Assembly: GCA_951406725.2 (NCBI GenBank)
Contig: OX597821.1
Coordinates: 73,532,001-73,596,000 of the forward strand
Length of the DNA: 64,000 bases
Direction of reading: 5' to 3'
Origin: Octopus vulgaris
Taxonomy: Eukaryota
Positions 26,998 to 39,528 of the stretch are shown piece after piece (the stretch's first letter is position 1; each line of letters begins with the position of its first letter). Made by a program: the position numbers and the translations under genes. The notes beneath the pieces were generated by a model. It did no database searches, was not told the origin of the DNA, and saw only the letters and a program-made list of their open reading frames with translations.

Positions 26998-27578
26998 CAC
27001 ACAGCCATCATCAGGAAGACCAGCGTTGACACCAACAACAGCAGCACGAGCGTCAACACTGCATTATATTCCCTTCTCCCCCCCCACTTCTCCTGCTACT
27101 TGTCTACCTCTTCTTCTTTTTCTCTTCCACCTCTCCCCCTCCCCCAACCCCCCGCCACTCTAATACAACCAGCCTCCGAGACAACCCATGCTAAGCTTCA
27201 TCTCGTTGCCTCCTTTCTTCTTCAGTTCGTTGTTCATTCGCCAGAATTAATATAAATCCGACAAAGCGGTTGGAGGTGAACAGATAGAGATAGAGAGATA
27301 GGGAGCGACAGTGAGAAAGTAGAGAGAGAGAGAGAAAGAAAGAGGAAGAGATAGACAAAGAGAGAGAGAGAGAGAAAGAAAGAGAGAGAGAAAGAAAGAG
27401 AAACAGGGATAGATAGAGATAGAAAGATAGATAGAGAGAGAAAATGAGAAAGAAGAGGGGAGAAAAAGGGAGATGTCGAATACAACTGCAGCCGAAGCAG
27501 TTGTATGCATTTAAAAGCGACGGCGAGGAACTTTCTTTTATTATTTCAAACAGTAAGATTATTAACACATCCCACCTT

Positions 27579-27621
<43 letters not shown>

Positions 27622-28211
27622 AAAAGCATTCGCACGAGCGTACGTACACCTCTCCCTCTTTCCATATATATTTATATATATATATAAACACACACCATGA
27701 TATAAGCTGTAATAAAAAAGGACAGTAGAACGAGCACAAAAAATACTAGTATTGTTGCTGTTGATGCTGCTGCTACTCATGATGATGATGATGATGATGA
27801 TGATGACGATGAAGAGGAAGATGTGCGTATATCATTCTTATAGTTAATCAATGTGATTGAATGAATATCGTATGAAATTATATGTATATCGATAACCGTC
27901 AATATCTGGGTGCCTTTCGATCTGCCGGTGAATGTGGAATGCGTTTGTGTGTGCCCACGTGCACGTGGTTGGATGTGTTGATTTATTTAAAATTACTGCG
28001 TGTTGGTATGAGATGAATATGCTTATATGAATTACCACGTGTGTGTGTGTGTGTATACATGTGTGTGTGTGTACATGTGTGTGTGTGTACATGTGTGTAT
28101 ACACGTGTATATATACGCATGTGTGTGCTTATATGTGTGTGTACGTGTACGTGTGTGTATATCATGTGTGTGTGTGTGTGTATACGCATGTATGTGCGTG
28201 TATATACATAT

Positions 28212-28712
28212 CTTTTATTTCCTTCAGTCATTAGACTGCGGCCAAGCTGGGGCACTGCTTAGAAGAATTTTAGTCGAAGGAATCGAGCCCCGTACTTATT
28301 TTTTGAAGCCTGGTATCTACTTTATCGGGCTCTTTTGCCGAACTGCTAAGTTGCGGGGACGTAAACAAATCAACACCGGTTGTTAAGCAGTGGTGGGGAA
28401 CAAACACAGACACAAAATGTACGACGGGCTTCTTTCAGTTTCCGTCTACCAGCTCCACTCACAAGTCTTTGGCCGACTGGAGGCCAGTGCCAGCTCAAGG
28501 TACCGGCAACTCGGGCAGTTGCCCGGAGCACCATGTGCTAGGGGTCGTCATGGAGGGCGTGACAAAAACATGGGTATTTCCACGACCGTCAGCTTGTACA
28601 CGCCAAAGTTCAGCTTGCCCGGGGCGTCAGCAACCCTAGGGCCAGCTCTGCTTGAAGCTATAGCAGAAGATACTTGCTCAAGGTATCAAGCCGTAGGACT
28701 GAACTCGGAACT
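28212..28712 (-). mobile_element. SINE family B interrupted by a hAT MITE
   Basis: The consensus resumes exactly across the 28485-28650 insert. Confidence 0.85.
28485..28650. mobile_element. hAT-type MITE, 166 bp
   Basis: Termini CAGTGCCAGCTCAAGG / CCTAGGGCCAGCTCTG; 8-bp TSD CTGGAGGC (28477-28484) / CTTGAAGC (28651-28658). Confidence 0.7.
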
Positions 28713-28724
28713 GCGCCAACATAA

Positions 28725-28742
28725 TCTGTATATATAAAAGGC

Positions 28743-28786
<44 letters not shown>

Positions 28787-29151
28787 TGAATGTAATTTAT
28801 GCACGTTTACAAATTAGCACGCATGTCGCTCCAATTTTAGGAGGATATTCGTCATGATCCTAACTGTATTTTCGTCAACTTATTTTTACCAGAGGCACCA
28901 GCAAATAGCAGTAAAAATAAATTTTCAACCAAAACTTTTAACACTTTTCAAGTCGGAGAAATCACCATTGTTTGCAAACAAGAGTTAAGTTCCCTTCTAG
29001 CGATGAGTAAGTTTTTGTTAAGACTCTTGTTTTTTTCCATCGAGGAAAAAAGTGTTTTGTTGATATACGGGCAACACACACGAACATGTATGCGTACAAA
29101 AACATGTATGCAATAGGTGTACATATGTACGTATCTGTATGTCTGTGTTGC

Positions 29152-29194
<43 letters not shown>

Positions 29195-29318
29195 AACCAA
29201 TTTCAACGGATTTCGCCCAAATTTGACTTCGATGTTACTTAGTTTGGTTTGAAGAAAAGAACTTGATTAGCTCAATAATCCTAACTTAATCCCGGGCAAA
29301 GCCGGGTTATACTACTAG
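28725..29318 (+). mobile_element. Non-autonomous Helitron-type element
   Basis: A|TCTGTATATATAAAAG, (GT)n, hairpin CCCGGGCAAAGCCGGG, CTAG|T. Confidence 0.8.
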
Positions 29319-29759
29319 TATATACTAAAATAACGATTCCTATTATTTATATGCTTTTACAGGACATAAATCCATGTCTTGAACAGAAAAGTAGTCATAA
29401 AATTATATATACATACCACACCTTCATCAGCAGGCGAGGAAGAGATCAGAATGAGAGCACTCCTGGTTTGTATAGATGCGAGCGTTGCTGTTTGCTGTAG
29501 TTTCAATAATCGTTGACATCTACTGGCACCAAACAAAAACAAGAAGAAAAAATTAAATGCCGTTTCTCTCTGTGCAGACAGAGTGTCTTTGTAAGTGATC
29601 TAACTTTAGAATCAAACATTAATAATTAAAATGAGACGAGATATACAAAAAAATAATTATGATAGCAATAAGTACTTCGGAGATATAGAGTAATCTCTCG
29701 CTATATCGCGGTTCACCTATCGCGCACTCAGTACACTGCGGATTTATCTGGCTAATATA

Positions 29760-30015
29760 TATAAACATACCAACTCCGGTTGTCAAGCAATGTTTGAAGG
29801 ACAAACAAAGACGCAAACGCACACATATACACGCACAAACACACCCATATATATGACGGGATTCTTTCAATTTCCTTCTATCAAATCCACTTACAAAGCT
29901 TTAGTCAGCCCGAGGTTATAGTAGAAGGCAATTGCCCAAGAATATCACGTAGTGACTCTGAACCCGGAACCATGTGGTAGTGAAGCAAGCTTCTTACCAC
30001 ACTCTCACTTGCGCC
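29760..30015 (-). mobile_element. SINE family B, 3'-truncated; a Tigger-like TIR lies just upstream at 29687-29745
   Basis: GAACCCGGAACCATGTGG...CTTACCAC...GCGCC; TIR GAGTAATCTCTCGCTATATCGCGG. Confidence 0.75.
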
Positions 30016-31289
30016 TATATATATATATATATATATGTATACATACATAGACACACGTGTTTGTGTGTGTGTGTTTAGTCCATTATAGATCACGCTTCTT
30101 TTTTCTATTGTATTGACTCCTGAAGGTGTGATCCTTGTCTCAGAAAAATATCACATTTTGTTATAACCTTTTGCTATATTGAACAGGGAATCAGAATTCA
30201 ACACCAAATTTAATATACCTTGAAAGATAGCCATAAAAATCGCATACATTTATTCACTGTAGCTGCCCCCTTGCTTATTTGTGTTTATACAAGATTCCGA
30301 AAAGAGTCGATTCACGGGCTTTTGCTTATAAATAGACAAAACTGTTACATACGTCGCGCATGGAAATTGAATAAATGTGTAACGCACTTTCCAGTATTTT
30401 ATTTTTACGTTACCCCATCAAATCTCTATATACTGCTGACTGTTCATATTTCGATGGACTTGCGAATGTTTTTGCTTATGTCTTATTATACTGCTTCTCT
30501 AAGTTTAATCTTTTGAATATTTGAAGAGCGGGTTGCATGAAAAGGCATCTAATAAAATATACACAGTTTACATTAACCTAAGTTTAAACACAAATGTTCA
30601 CCAATTCACACACATACACACACATCAGCTGGTAATGGTAGAATCGATAGAGAATAAAAAAAAAAATGTCCTGTGGTTACGCCACTTTGCACCGAAGCAA
30701 ACTTTGTCTTTTAATAAACTACTAAGAACTGTTGCTTTTATAATCAACTAAAACGTTTGAAGTCCTGCTCCATCATGACTGCAGTTCAATAATTAAGACT
30801 AGCAAGATACATACATACACATATATAAACATACACACACGCGCGCGCGTACGTACACACGTATATAGACTGAAAGAGTAAGCAGAAGAGATGAGGGATA
30901 AAATCCTTAGACTTAGAATATTTGGCGAAGGTTAAGTTTAAAACTAAATATCGGTATTTTTTTTTCTTTAAAATTTGTGAAGATGTTTTAGAAGAACGGG
31001 AATTATGCGACGTTTGCTGGACGATAGCAACGTATGTGAAAACAATTCACAACTGAGAACAAGATGTGAAATTCTGACATATTGTGGAAGCAACACATCT
31101 ATAAGAGAGAAGTATACTTTGAGAAGAGTATACTTGACTGAATCGAGTATATTACTGGTAATTTTAAAAAATCAGTTCTGGAGGTGGGGGAGGGGGAAGG
31201 AGAGACAACTCAACTGCCGTGATGTGAACTCAGAATGTAAAGGGAAGTAACCACCAGACACACTCTGTTACTTCCGTAATTCAAGGCTG

Positions 31290-32141
31290 TAGTGTGGTTA
31301 TTCATGCCTCGCAGTTATCTATAAAGCGACATCTTTGAGAAAAGTTTGGTCTTAATCAAGAAATCAATCCCATTACATGCCTCGTGACTGGCATAAACTG
31401 CTTAGATTTTGGGATCGATCCGGTACCAGACAAGGATTCTGGATTATTTGTTATATTACTTTGTTTTACATGAAGTATTAAGATCTTACGTTTACTTTCA
31501 AGTCTTTCTCTGATTATCTCCCTTGAAAGCACGCTCATGGTTTCCATGTAAGCTGTAGTGGCGTTGCTGTTCCCAAAGTTTTATTTTCGTTTCTCTGTTA
31601 TCAATTTTACTCGCGTCTCTACTTTAGTAGAAACTGATAGATAAATACATCAAACTCCATAAACAAACGACAGCAAAACCGCTCAGAAATTAAATAACAC
31701 TAACACATTCAGTAACAATAATAAATTCAATTTATCCTCGACAATTTTTAGCTTTACCAATTTTGAATATGATACTCCTATTTAAAACCTCTTTCTTAAC
31801 AAAAAGCATTTCTAGCTCTGCCTTGAAGGAAGCTTTATTTCTCGGACTCACGTTTTTGTGTGCAACGATGTTGTTAAAACTCCGTTAAAAGCACTGTACA
31901 CAGGTCCTTTCTGTTTTCTTTGACGCACAGATAAAATTTTCCTTAATGGTCGTAAAGACACGATATCAGTGGATAGACTAAAAAAAAGCCTTCATGGTGC
32001 TGTTTTGCATTTATATTAAAGTATATATATTCAAATCATATATTAAAAAAATATACAGTACAGTACTGTTTCTACTTCGCGGATTTTCACTTACCACGGT
32101 TGTTTTGGAACGTAACACCCGCGATAGTTGAGGGATTACTG
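31290..32141 (-). mobile_element. Tigger/pogo-like DNA transposon relic
   Basis: Terminus CCCGCGATAGTTGAGGGATTACTG|TA; decayed coding-like interior; left boundary uncertain. Confidence 0.6.
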
Positions 32142-32596
32142 TATATTGAGACATATTCTTGTCTTTGTGCCTAACTGCATGTTTGCATCAGGGGTTTGTG
32201 TAGCATTGAAAAGTGGACAGATACATGTGTGTATGTGTGTGTGTGTGTATGTGTGGGTGCGCGCGCAAGGTATGTGTATGTTGAATTTATATTCCTTTTA
32301 ATGTTAATTGCTTTGTGATGGTCATGTTATCAATATAACTCACGCACTGGTCGTATTTAACTTCAGTTGTATCAATGACTAATTAATTAATTTGTGAAAG
32401 TTGTTCTGTCGCTGTCTCTGCCCTCATCGTTAGGGATATGGCCCTCATGCACACCTGTGTTAGCACTCATTATTTTGCTTAAGAATCGTATTACGGAGTC
32501 TAATAGGGAATTTTATTTATATCCCTTTATGTTTACATTGCATATAATTTTTAATTGGGGGTGGGTGCAGTTTTGTTGCTGGGCAAGCTTTTGTAT

Positions 32597-32912
32597 ATTG
32601 GCATTCCGTCGGTTACGACGACGAGTGTTCAAGATGATCCGATTTACGGAACAGCCTGTTCTTGAAAATAATGTGCAAGTGGTTGAGTACTCCGCAGAAA
32701 CGCGTACCCTTAACGTAACCCTCAGGGAGATTCAGCGTGACTCAGAATGTGACAAGGCAGGCCCCCATTGAATTACAGGTACAACTCATTTTTGCTACCT
32801 GAGTAGATTGGAACAACGAGAAATAAAATATCTTGTTCAAGGACAGAACGCTCCGCCGGGAATCGAATTCGCGACCTTGTGAGCCGAGTACCACTAAACT
32901 ACGCGCCTTCAC
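32597..32912 (-). mobile_element. SINE family C
   Basis: Homologous to 4297-4625. Confidence 0.9.
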
Positions 32913-32980
32913 ACTTTTGAATAGGAACTTCATTGAAATTCTTGACTCCCATACATATATCTATGTATACTTGTATCCCA

Positions 32981-33113
32981 GTGTTATTTACATTATTTAC
33001 ATTTGGCGGATATTTATCCTCATCTTGTTTGTTGTTAACACAACGTTTCGGCTGATATACCCTCCAGTCTTCATCAGGTGTCTTGGGGGAAATTCCTAAG
33101 GTATTTTTCGAGG

Positions 33114-33179
<66 letters not shown>

Positions 33180-33337
33180 TCACTGCCTGGAATCGAAATC
33201 AGAATCTTGGGGTTAGTAGACGCGCTCTTTACCACTACGCCATATGTCCGTGTTAACAAAGATGAGGACAAATATCCGTCAAATGTAAACAGTGTACATA
33301 ATTCCCCATCTCTTAGATATAGAACTACGTTGTTATT
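32981..33337 (-). mobile_element. tRNA-headed, hammerhead-bearing short retroelement with inverted tail copy (33250-33325)
   Basis: Minus: A box TGGCGTAGTGG, B-box-like TTCGATTCC, (TAA)n, hammerhead motif, tail; the tail is repeated in opposite orientation beyond the head. Confidence 0.75.
33037..33082 (-). ncRNA. Type I minimal hammerhead ribozyme motif
   Basis: GACAC-CUGAUGA-A-GACUG(gaggguauau)CAGCC-GAAA-CG-UU-GUGUU: canonical core, palindromic AACGUU stem III, one stem II mismatch. Confidence 0.75.
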
Positions 33338-34289
33338 GTTCTTGTCACTGGCCGAGCAGATGGAGGCTTGTTCATTTTGGTGGATGTAAACATGATGAGA
33401 GTGGCGATTGTAACGTTGACGGTGATGGTAACGCATGGCAGTGCTAATTGTGGTTTAGACTCTAGCCATCCTTGGTTCGGTAGACCTAAGACCAAAGGCA
33501 ATCCAACCATGGCCAACCTGTTTGTTCCTATTTGCAGGAACCGAGGAGCACATTATCCATCGCGGCTCTATACTAAAACGGTAAAAAGTGGTTTAAAGAT
33601 GATTTGGTCATTATTTCTAGCCAGTGTAGCGACCGCGTATCGGCTCTCCCATTGACTCTGGTGACGTTAGGGCTGATAGCATTGATGGGGATAGTGTTGG
33701 CGGTGGTGTTGCAGTGGTGGTGATGGTAGCGGGGGTTGTATTGGCGATGGATGTGATAAATAGAGGAATGGTGTCAGGGTTTGTATTGTGACGTGTGACA
33801 ACAACTTGGCTGTGGATGACATCACAAAGAGAATAACAGTTTGGCATTGACGGTTCCGAGAGAAATACACAACGGCAGAACACAGAGAACAACTGCTCTT
33901 TGTTTGAACTCGTTCCCAGTTAGTGTCACAATCCATCTCTCTCTTTCTCTCTCTCCAACACACAGATAGACACATGTATATACATTCGTACATACATATG
34001 TACACATACACACACAGAACAACATAGAAAATTGCGTTTACGCGTCCTGGGATGACAGACCGATCTAACACATACTGCACACATGTTCATATCACGCAGA
34101 GTTACTGCATGCTCGTTTCTATACACATACACACTCACACAGAAATTAAACGCACCCACACAATTGCATACGTAAAGATAACTCTCCTAAGACGCACAAT
34201 TCAGTCCGAGAGACAGGTTCCACGCTTATGATGTACTGATGCACACACACACATAAACAAATACACAGACACTGACACACACAAACGCC

Positions 34290-34448
34290 TGTCTTCTTTC
34301 ATTTTATCTCCACCAAATCCGCTCACAAGGCTTTGGTTTGCCCGAGGCTATACTAGAAGACACTTGCCCAAGGTGCCACGCAGTGGAACTGAACCCGGAA
34401 CCATGTGGTTAGTAAGCATGCTACTTACCACACAGCCACTCCTGCGCC
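34290..34448 (-). mobile_element. SINE family B, 5' half
   Basis: Clean head GGCGCAGGAGTGGCTGTGTGGTAAGTAGC on minus. Confidence 0.9.
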
Positions 34449-34521
34449 TATATATATGAACATATGTGTATAGAAAGATTCATATACAATGTTTGATCAA
34501 GAAGTATCCGGACTGTTGTCG

Positions 34522-34682
34522 AGGCAGGCATGGCTGTTTGATAAGAAGCTTGCTTCTCAACCAGATGGTTCCAGGTACAGTCCCACTCGTGGCCCCTTGG
34601 GCAGATCTCTGGTACTACAGCCTCGGGCCGACTAAAGCCTTGTGAGTAGATTTGGTAGACGGAAACTGAAAGAAAACCGTCA

Positions 34683-34740
<58 letters not shown>

Positions 34741-34940
34741 TGTGTGCCTCTGTTCCCCCACTATCGCTTGACAACCGATGTTGGTGTGTTTAAGTCCCCG
34801 TAAATTTAGCAGTTCGGCAAAAAGAACCGAGAGAATAAGTACTAGTCTTACAAAGAATAAGTCATGGGGTCGATTCATTCAACTAAAGGCGGTGCTCCAG
34901 CATGGCCGCAGTCAAATGACCGAAACAAATAAAAGAAAAG
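34522..34940 (+). mobile_element. SINE family B, full length, probably inserted into a mariner-like end starting at 34485
   Basis: Complete head-core-microsatellite-tail; upstream TACAATGTTTGATCAAGAAGTATCCGGACT resembles a mariner TIR. Confidence 0.85.
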
Positions 34941-35130
34941 AATAAGAGTCTAATAATGAAACTAAAGCGCGCAGAGTGAAGCCGCTGGCCATAGATTGAC
35001 CTTCGACTCTGCTGTGCGTGCGCACTAAGTATTAGCGTTTTTTTTTGCCGAACTGCTTCTTAACCACACTGGCATGTCTCCGTTGTTGAATTCATCCATC
35101 CATCCATCCACTCCTCCATACATACATAGA

Positions 35131-35930
35131 AGACTCTGTGGAGTTAACACCGAAGATATCATTCACATCATAAACAGTTGTCCGAAAATTTTATCACGGT
35201 ATTATCTACCGATGAGACATGATTTTTTTTAGCTAGGACACTGTATAACGAGATCCGCCGGAAGGATAACCCCGAGGACAAAGAAGTAAGAAGCAACAGT
35301 ATGGTAGAAGCGATAACCACTCATAATGTAAAGGAATACTAGTGGAATGTACCTGTGAAAACCTTAATAAAATGTAAGCACAACAGACCTGATATAATGA
35401 TTTGGTATAGAGAAGAGGAAATTGTGTGCAGTTGTGGAAATTAGCTGCCTAACAGGTGTTAACATAAAGCTGAAGATCAGTGAAAAAGGGAACACCTATG
35501 CTGAACTATTGAGAAATCTGCAGTTACTCTATCCAGATTACAAGTTCAAGTTTATACCTGTAATTATTGGGGTCCTGTGATGTGTAACACACTGCCTAAA
35601 TACCAATCTCGAGAAATTAGGCTTCTCAAAACCAGAAAGGAGAAAGCTAATTCGAAAACTACAGATCCAATCCATCACTGGAACTGTAAAAATCTGTAAA
35701 ACTTTCCAGAAGTTTATCATTTAAATATATATGAGCATGTCTAGATATGTAACTATATGAATGAGAATACATACATAAAGCAAAACATACAAACCGGCAC
35801 CTATGCATACATACAAATAAAAAATACCCTGTTGTTGATATTGAAATTTTAATGAAGGAGCCTTGAATCTAGGTTAGAAAGCGGCTCTTTCTCTACCGGC
35901 AAGAAGTCTTGAAATTAAACTTAGCAATGA
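35131..35930 (+). mobile_element. R4/Dong-like non-LTR retrotransposon 3' end (zinc knuckle + RLE endonuclease pseudogene)
   Basis: RLCGVNTEDIIHIINSCP, MRHD, KHNRPDIMIW, VVEISC, EKGNTYAEL, FIPVIIG, VKICKTFQKFII*; flanked by (CAT[C/A])n repeats. Confidence 0.85.
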
Positions 35931-36559
35931 CATACATACATGCAAACATACCCACCCACCTACCTACCTACCTACCTACCTACCTACATACACACATACA
36001 TACATACATACATACATACAACTATAGTAGGACTAGAATATTGGTGGAATATTTCTATCAAAGCTTCTGCCAAGATTCTGCTGCTGCCATTTCGATCAGG
36101 AAAAAAATCCCGTCGACAAAGAGATCAGAAGCCCTGCAGACATGGACAATTCTTCCGAAAATCAGTGAGAAGAATATTTATGGAAAACTGCCCTGAATAT
36201 TGTAACTTCTCTACCTCAATTACAAATTCATATTTATACCATTAACTATTAGTTCACGTGGCTGCGTTAGTTAATGATTAAGCGGCAATTTGGAGAGCCT
36301 TGAACTTTGAGTAGCTTTTATTTAATAAGCGAGACTTTTCCAGCCTAACTTGTAGCTCTCATCACTTTTGTGAACAAAATTTCAGTGAACAGGTTTGTTT
36401 ATTTGTAATACAAAAGATTTCTCCTTTCAGGAAGATCAAATAATTAAAAACGAGAAATACAAACATACACACCCAATGTACATACACATTGATGAGGAAA
36501 TCTGTGGAGCGTACAATTGGATGACGCGAAAACGGAAATACCGACCTGACGATTTGAAT

Positions 36560-36790
36560 ACTAGAATTCCTTGTCTTATCGCGATTCACCTATCGCGGTT
36601 TATTATTTAAGCTTACGTCGATTCTTCCGTGGTGTTGGTTTGCATTTATAATAAAATAAATGTATACAAATTATAAAAATAATATCAAAAAATATACAGT
36701 ACAGTACTGTTTCTACTTCGTGGATTTTCATCTATCGCCGGGGGTGGGTTTGGAACGTATCACTCGCGGTAGTCGAGGGATTATTGTATA
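36560..36790. mobile_element. Tigger-like MITE
   Basis: TATCGCGATTCACCTATCGCGG at left and CGCGGTAGTCGAGGGATTATTG|TA at right; homologous to 31990-32143. Confidence 0.7.
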
Positions 36791-38111
36791 TTGAGGCATA
36801 TATATTCTTGTTTTTGTGTCTAATTGCATGTTTGTTTGCATCAGAGGTTTTTGTAGTATTGAAAAGTAGACAGATACATGTGTGTGCGTTCAAATTCCGC
36901 CAACGTAACACCAGCGATAGTCAGGGGATTCTGTACATACACCAATAATATTACAAAGAACCATGATCTGGTTATACCACTTTCTAAAGATATAAGAATG
37001 ATGTTTGTCTAAGAGAAATGTTCCTACGCGATTACAAAACAAAAGAAAACTAGCGACCAGCCTTCTACATAGCTACGAATGGTCTGTTTGGTTAGTTTCA
37101 AACGATAAACACAACAGGTACCAAAGAACGGATGAAATGATGGAACTTGTTGCAAATAATGAAGAGATATTACGCCTTCACGAAAAATATATTTTCCTCG
37201 AAGCTCTCTACGCATAATGGATCAGTGGCTCACAATCTGTCTGCTAAAATTAGAATTCGTAGCAACACTTGGCCTTCAGGGTTGGACATCCAGATCATCG
37301 ATATTGAAACTTGAAAACTACTGACGGTCACTAGAAAGTTCCTTGCCAAATGAATTGACTCTCTCTTCCTTATACAGAAACAAAGAAGTCGAGGCTTTAC
37401 ATCGATTCAACCTTTGAATGTCGCTTCACATTCCACTGAAAGCAGAAACTACGAAAAATAGTGAAAAGCAACCACAAATCAAGTTAAAATTCGAAGTGAT
37501 AACATCACAGGAGTTGGAATGGAAGTTCTGGCAAAGTAAAAGCCTGACTAATGGTCAGAGATAAACATCTGGAGAAATTGGACAATTCTACAGCTGCAGA
37601 CAAAAAGCCTTTCCATTCTCTGCAGAAGGTCATGCACATCTACATTGATGGAAAGATGTTCAGAGTGACATTAAAAGACATGCAAGGTCTTAAACTTTCA
37701 CTTACAATCCAACCACAGAAAAAGAAACAAACAAAAACCTAACGAAATACCGGATGCACAGAAGAAATATAGAAGCAGGAAAAAAACACCCGAGGGTGAT
37801 AACTTGGAGGAATTAACTCGTGAAGCATGTTCTTAGGAGTTTTTCGGAAATGTCAACACGATACGATTTATCTATAATGCATGATACAGGGTGAGGGAAA
37901 AACTCTCTACAGTGCAATCCATAGATTGATTGATTGTTTAACTAATTACATTAAACAAACGATCGATTAGATATTTAACCGATTGACTAGCACTAAGTGA
38001 TATTAAACCAGTGCGAGTATTTATTATTATCGACATAATGACCGTCCCAAGACAGAAGATACTTTATTTTCTTTGCAAGTTATGTAAGCTGTCAAACTCT
38101 GTATATATATA

Positions 38112-38479
38112 TTCCTTTATTGCCCACAGAGGGCTAAACATAGGAGACAAACAAAGGGCTTTAAGTCGATTGCTTCAACCGAAAGGAGGAAAGACAACGT
38201 TGACCTCGGCGGAGTTTGAACTCAGAACGTAACGGCAGACAAAATACCTATTTCTTTACTACCCACAAGGGGCTAAACACAGAGAGGACAAACAAGGTCA
38301 GACAAACTGATTAAGTCGATTACATCGACCCCAGTGCGTAACTGGTACTTAATTTATCGACCCCGAAAGGATGAAAGGCAAAGTCGACCTCTGCGGAATT
38401 TGAACTCAGAACGTAACGGCAGACGAAATACAGCTACGCATTTCGCCCGGCGTCCTAACGATTCTGCCAGCTCGCCGCC
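38112..38479 (-). mobile_element. SINE family A, dimeric
   Basis: Same monomer junction as the 14.6 kb and 25.5 kb copies. Confidence 0.9.
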
Positions 38480-38841
38480 CTCTACACACATGTAGACATT
38501 CGACTATTTCCATCCCCACCTTTATTCTACCAATGTTGTCTACTGATTTTCTTTGTTGCTCAACCGATTTTGTCCAATGACCTTAATGGTTTCTCACTAA
38601 GCCACAAGGACTCACGCTGCACACTGTCAAGTTAATTGAACCCAGGAAGGTGTGGAGAAACTCCCATTGCTATTACATGTGAAAACACATACACACACGG
38701 GTCAGACATACGGGGACACATAAAAGAGGCACATAGACATACTTAGAGGCACAGGTACAGATAAAAGCACAAACATACAGACACAATTGATGCACACACA
38801 CACATACACAGATATGCATGTATCATTTATAGAAACAGATT

Positions 38842-39250
38842 AGGCGGCGATCTGGCAAAAGCGTTAGCACGCCGGGCGAAATGCTTAGCGATATTTCGCC
38901 CGTCACCATGTTCTCAGTTCAAATTCCGCTGAGGTCGACTTTGCCTTTCATCTTTTCGAAGTCGATAAATTAAGTACCAGTTACGTACTGGAGTCGTTCT
39001 AATCGACTGGCTCCTCCCTAAACAAATTCGGGCCGTGTGCCTAAAGTAGAAAAGAATCGTTAGCACGCCGGGCGAAATGCTTAGCGATATTTCGCCCGTC
39101 GACATATTCTGAGTTCAAATTCTGCCGAGGTCAACTTTGCCTTTCATCCTTTCGTGGATCGATAAATTAAGTACCAGTTACGTACTGGGGTCGTTCTAAT
39201 CGACTCCTCCCCTCCTCCCACATTGCTGCCCTTGTGGAAAAATTTGAAAA
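38842..39250 (+). mobile_element. Two tandem SINE family A copies
   Basis: CGTTAGCACGCCGGGCGAAATGCTTAGCGATATTTCGCCCGTC occurs twice with shared variants. Confidence 0.9.
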
Positions 39251-39494
39251 CATTTATAGTGACATATCTACACAAACACACATGCATGCAGGCACACAGC
39301 CGAACATTAACCTCGCCACCACCACCACCACCACCACCACCACAACCACTACCATCGCCCTATACATATATACGCAGAGACGACTATACCATACACACAC
39401 AAACAACTGCAGCCACAGAACTACATACAAGTATGTATATACAAGTGCACATCGACCAACATACACGCATAAACATACTTTTATACATACAAAT

Positions 39495-39528
<34 letters not shown>

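Noticed and set aside
33176-33247. Functional tRNA gene (also the other SINE heads)
   Set aside because: No convincing acceptor stem and fused to repeat bodies; tRNA-derived heads only
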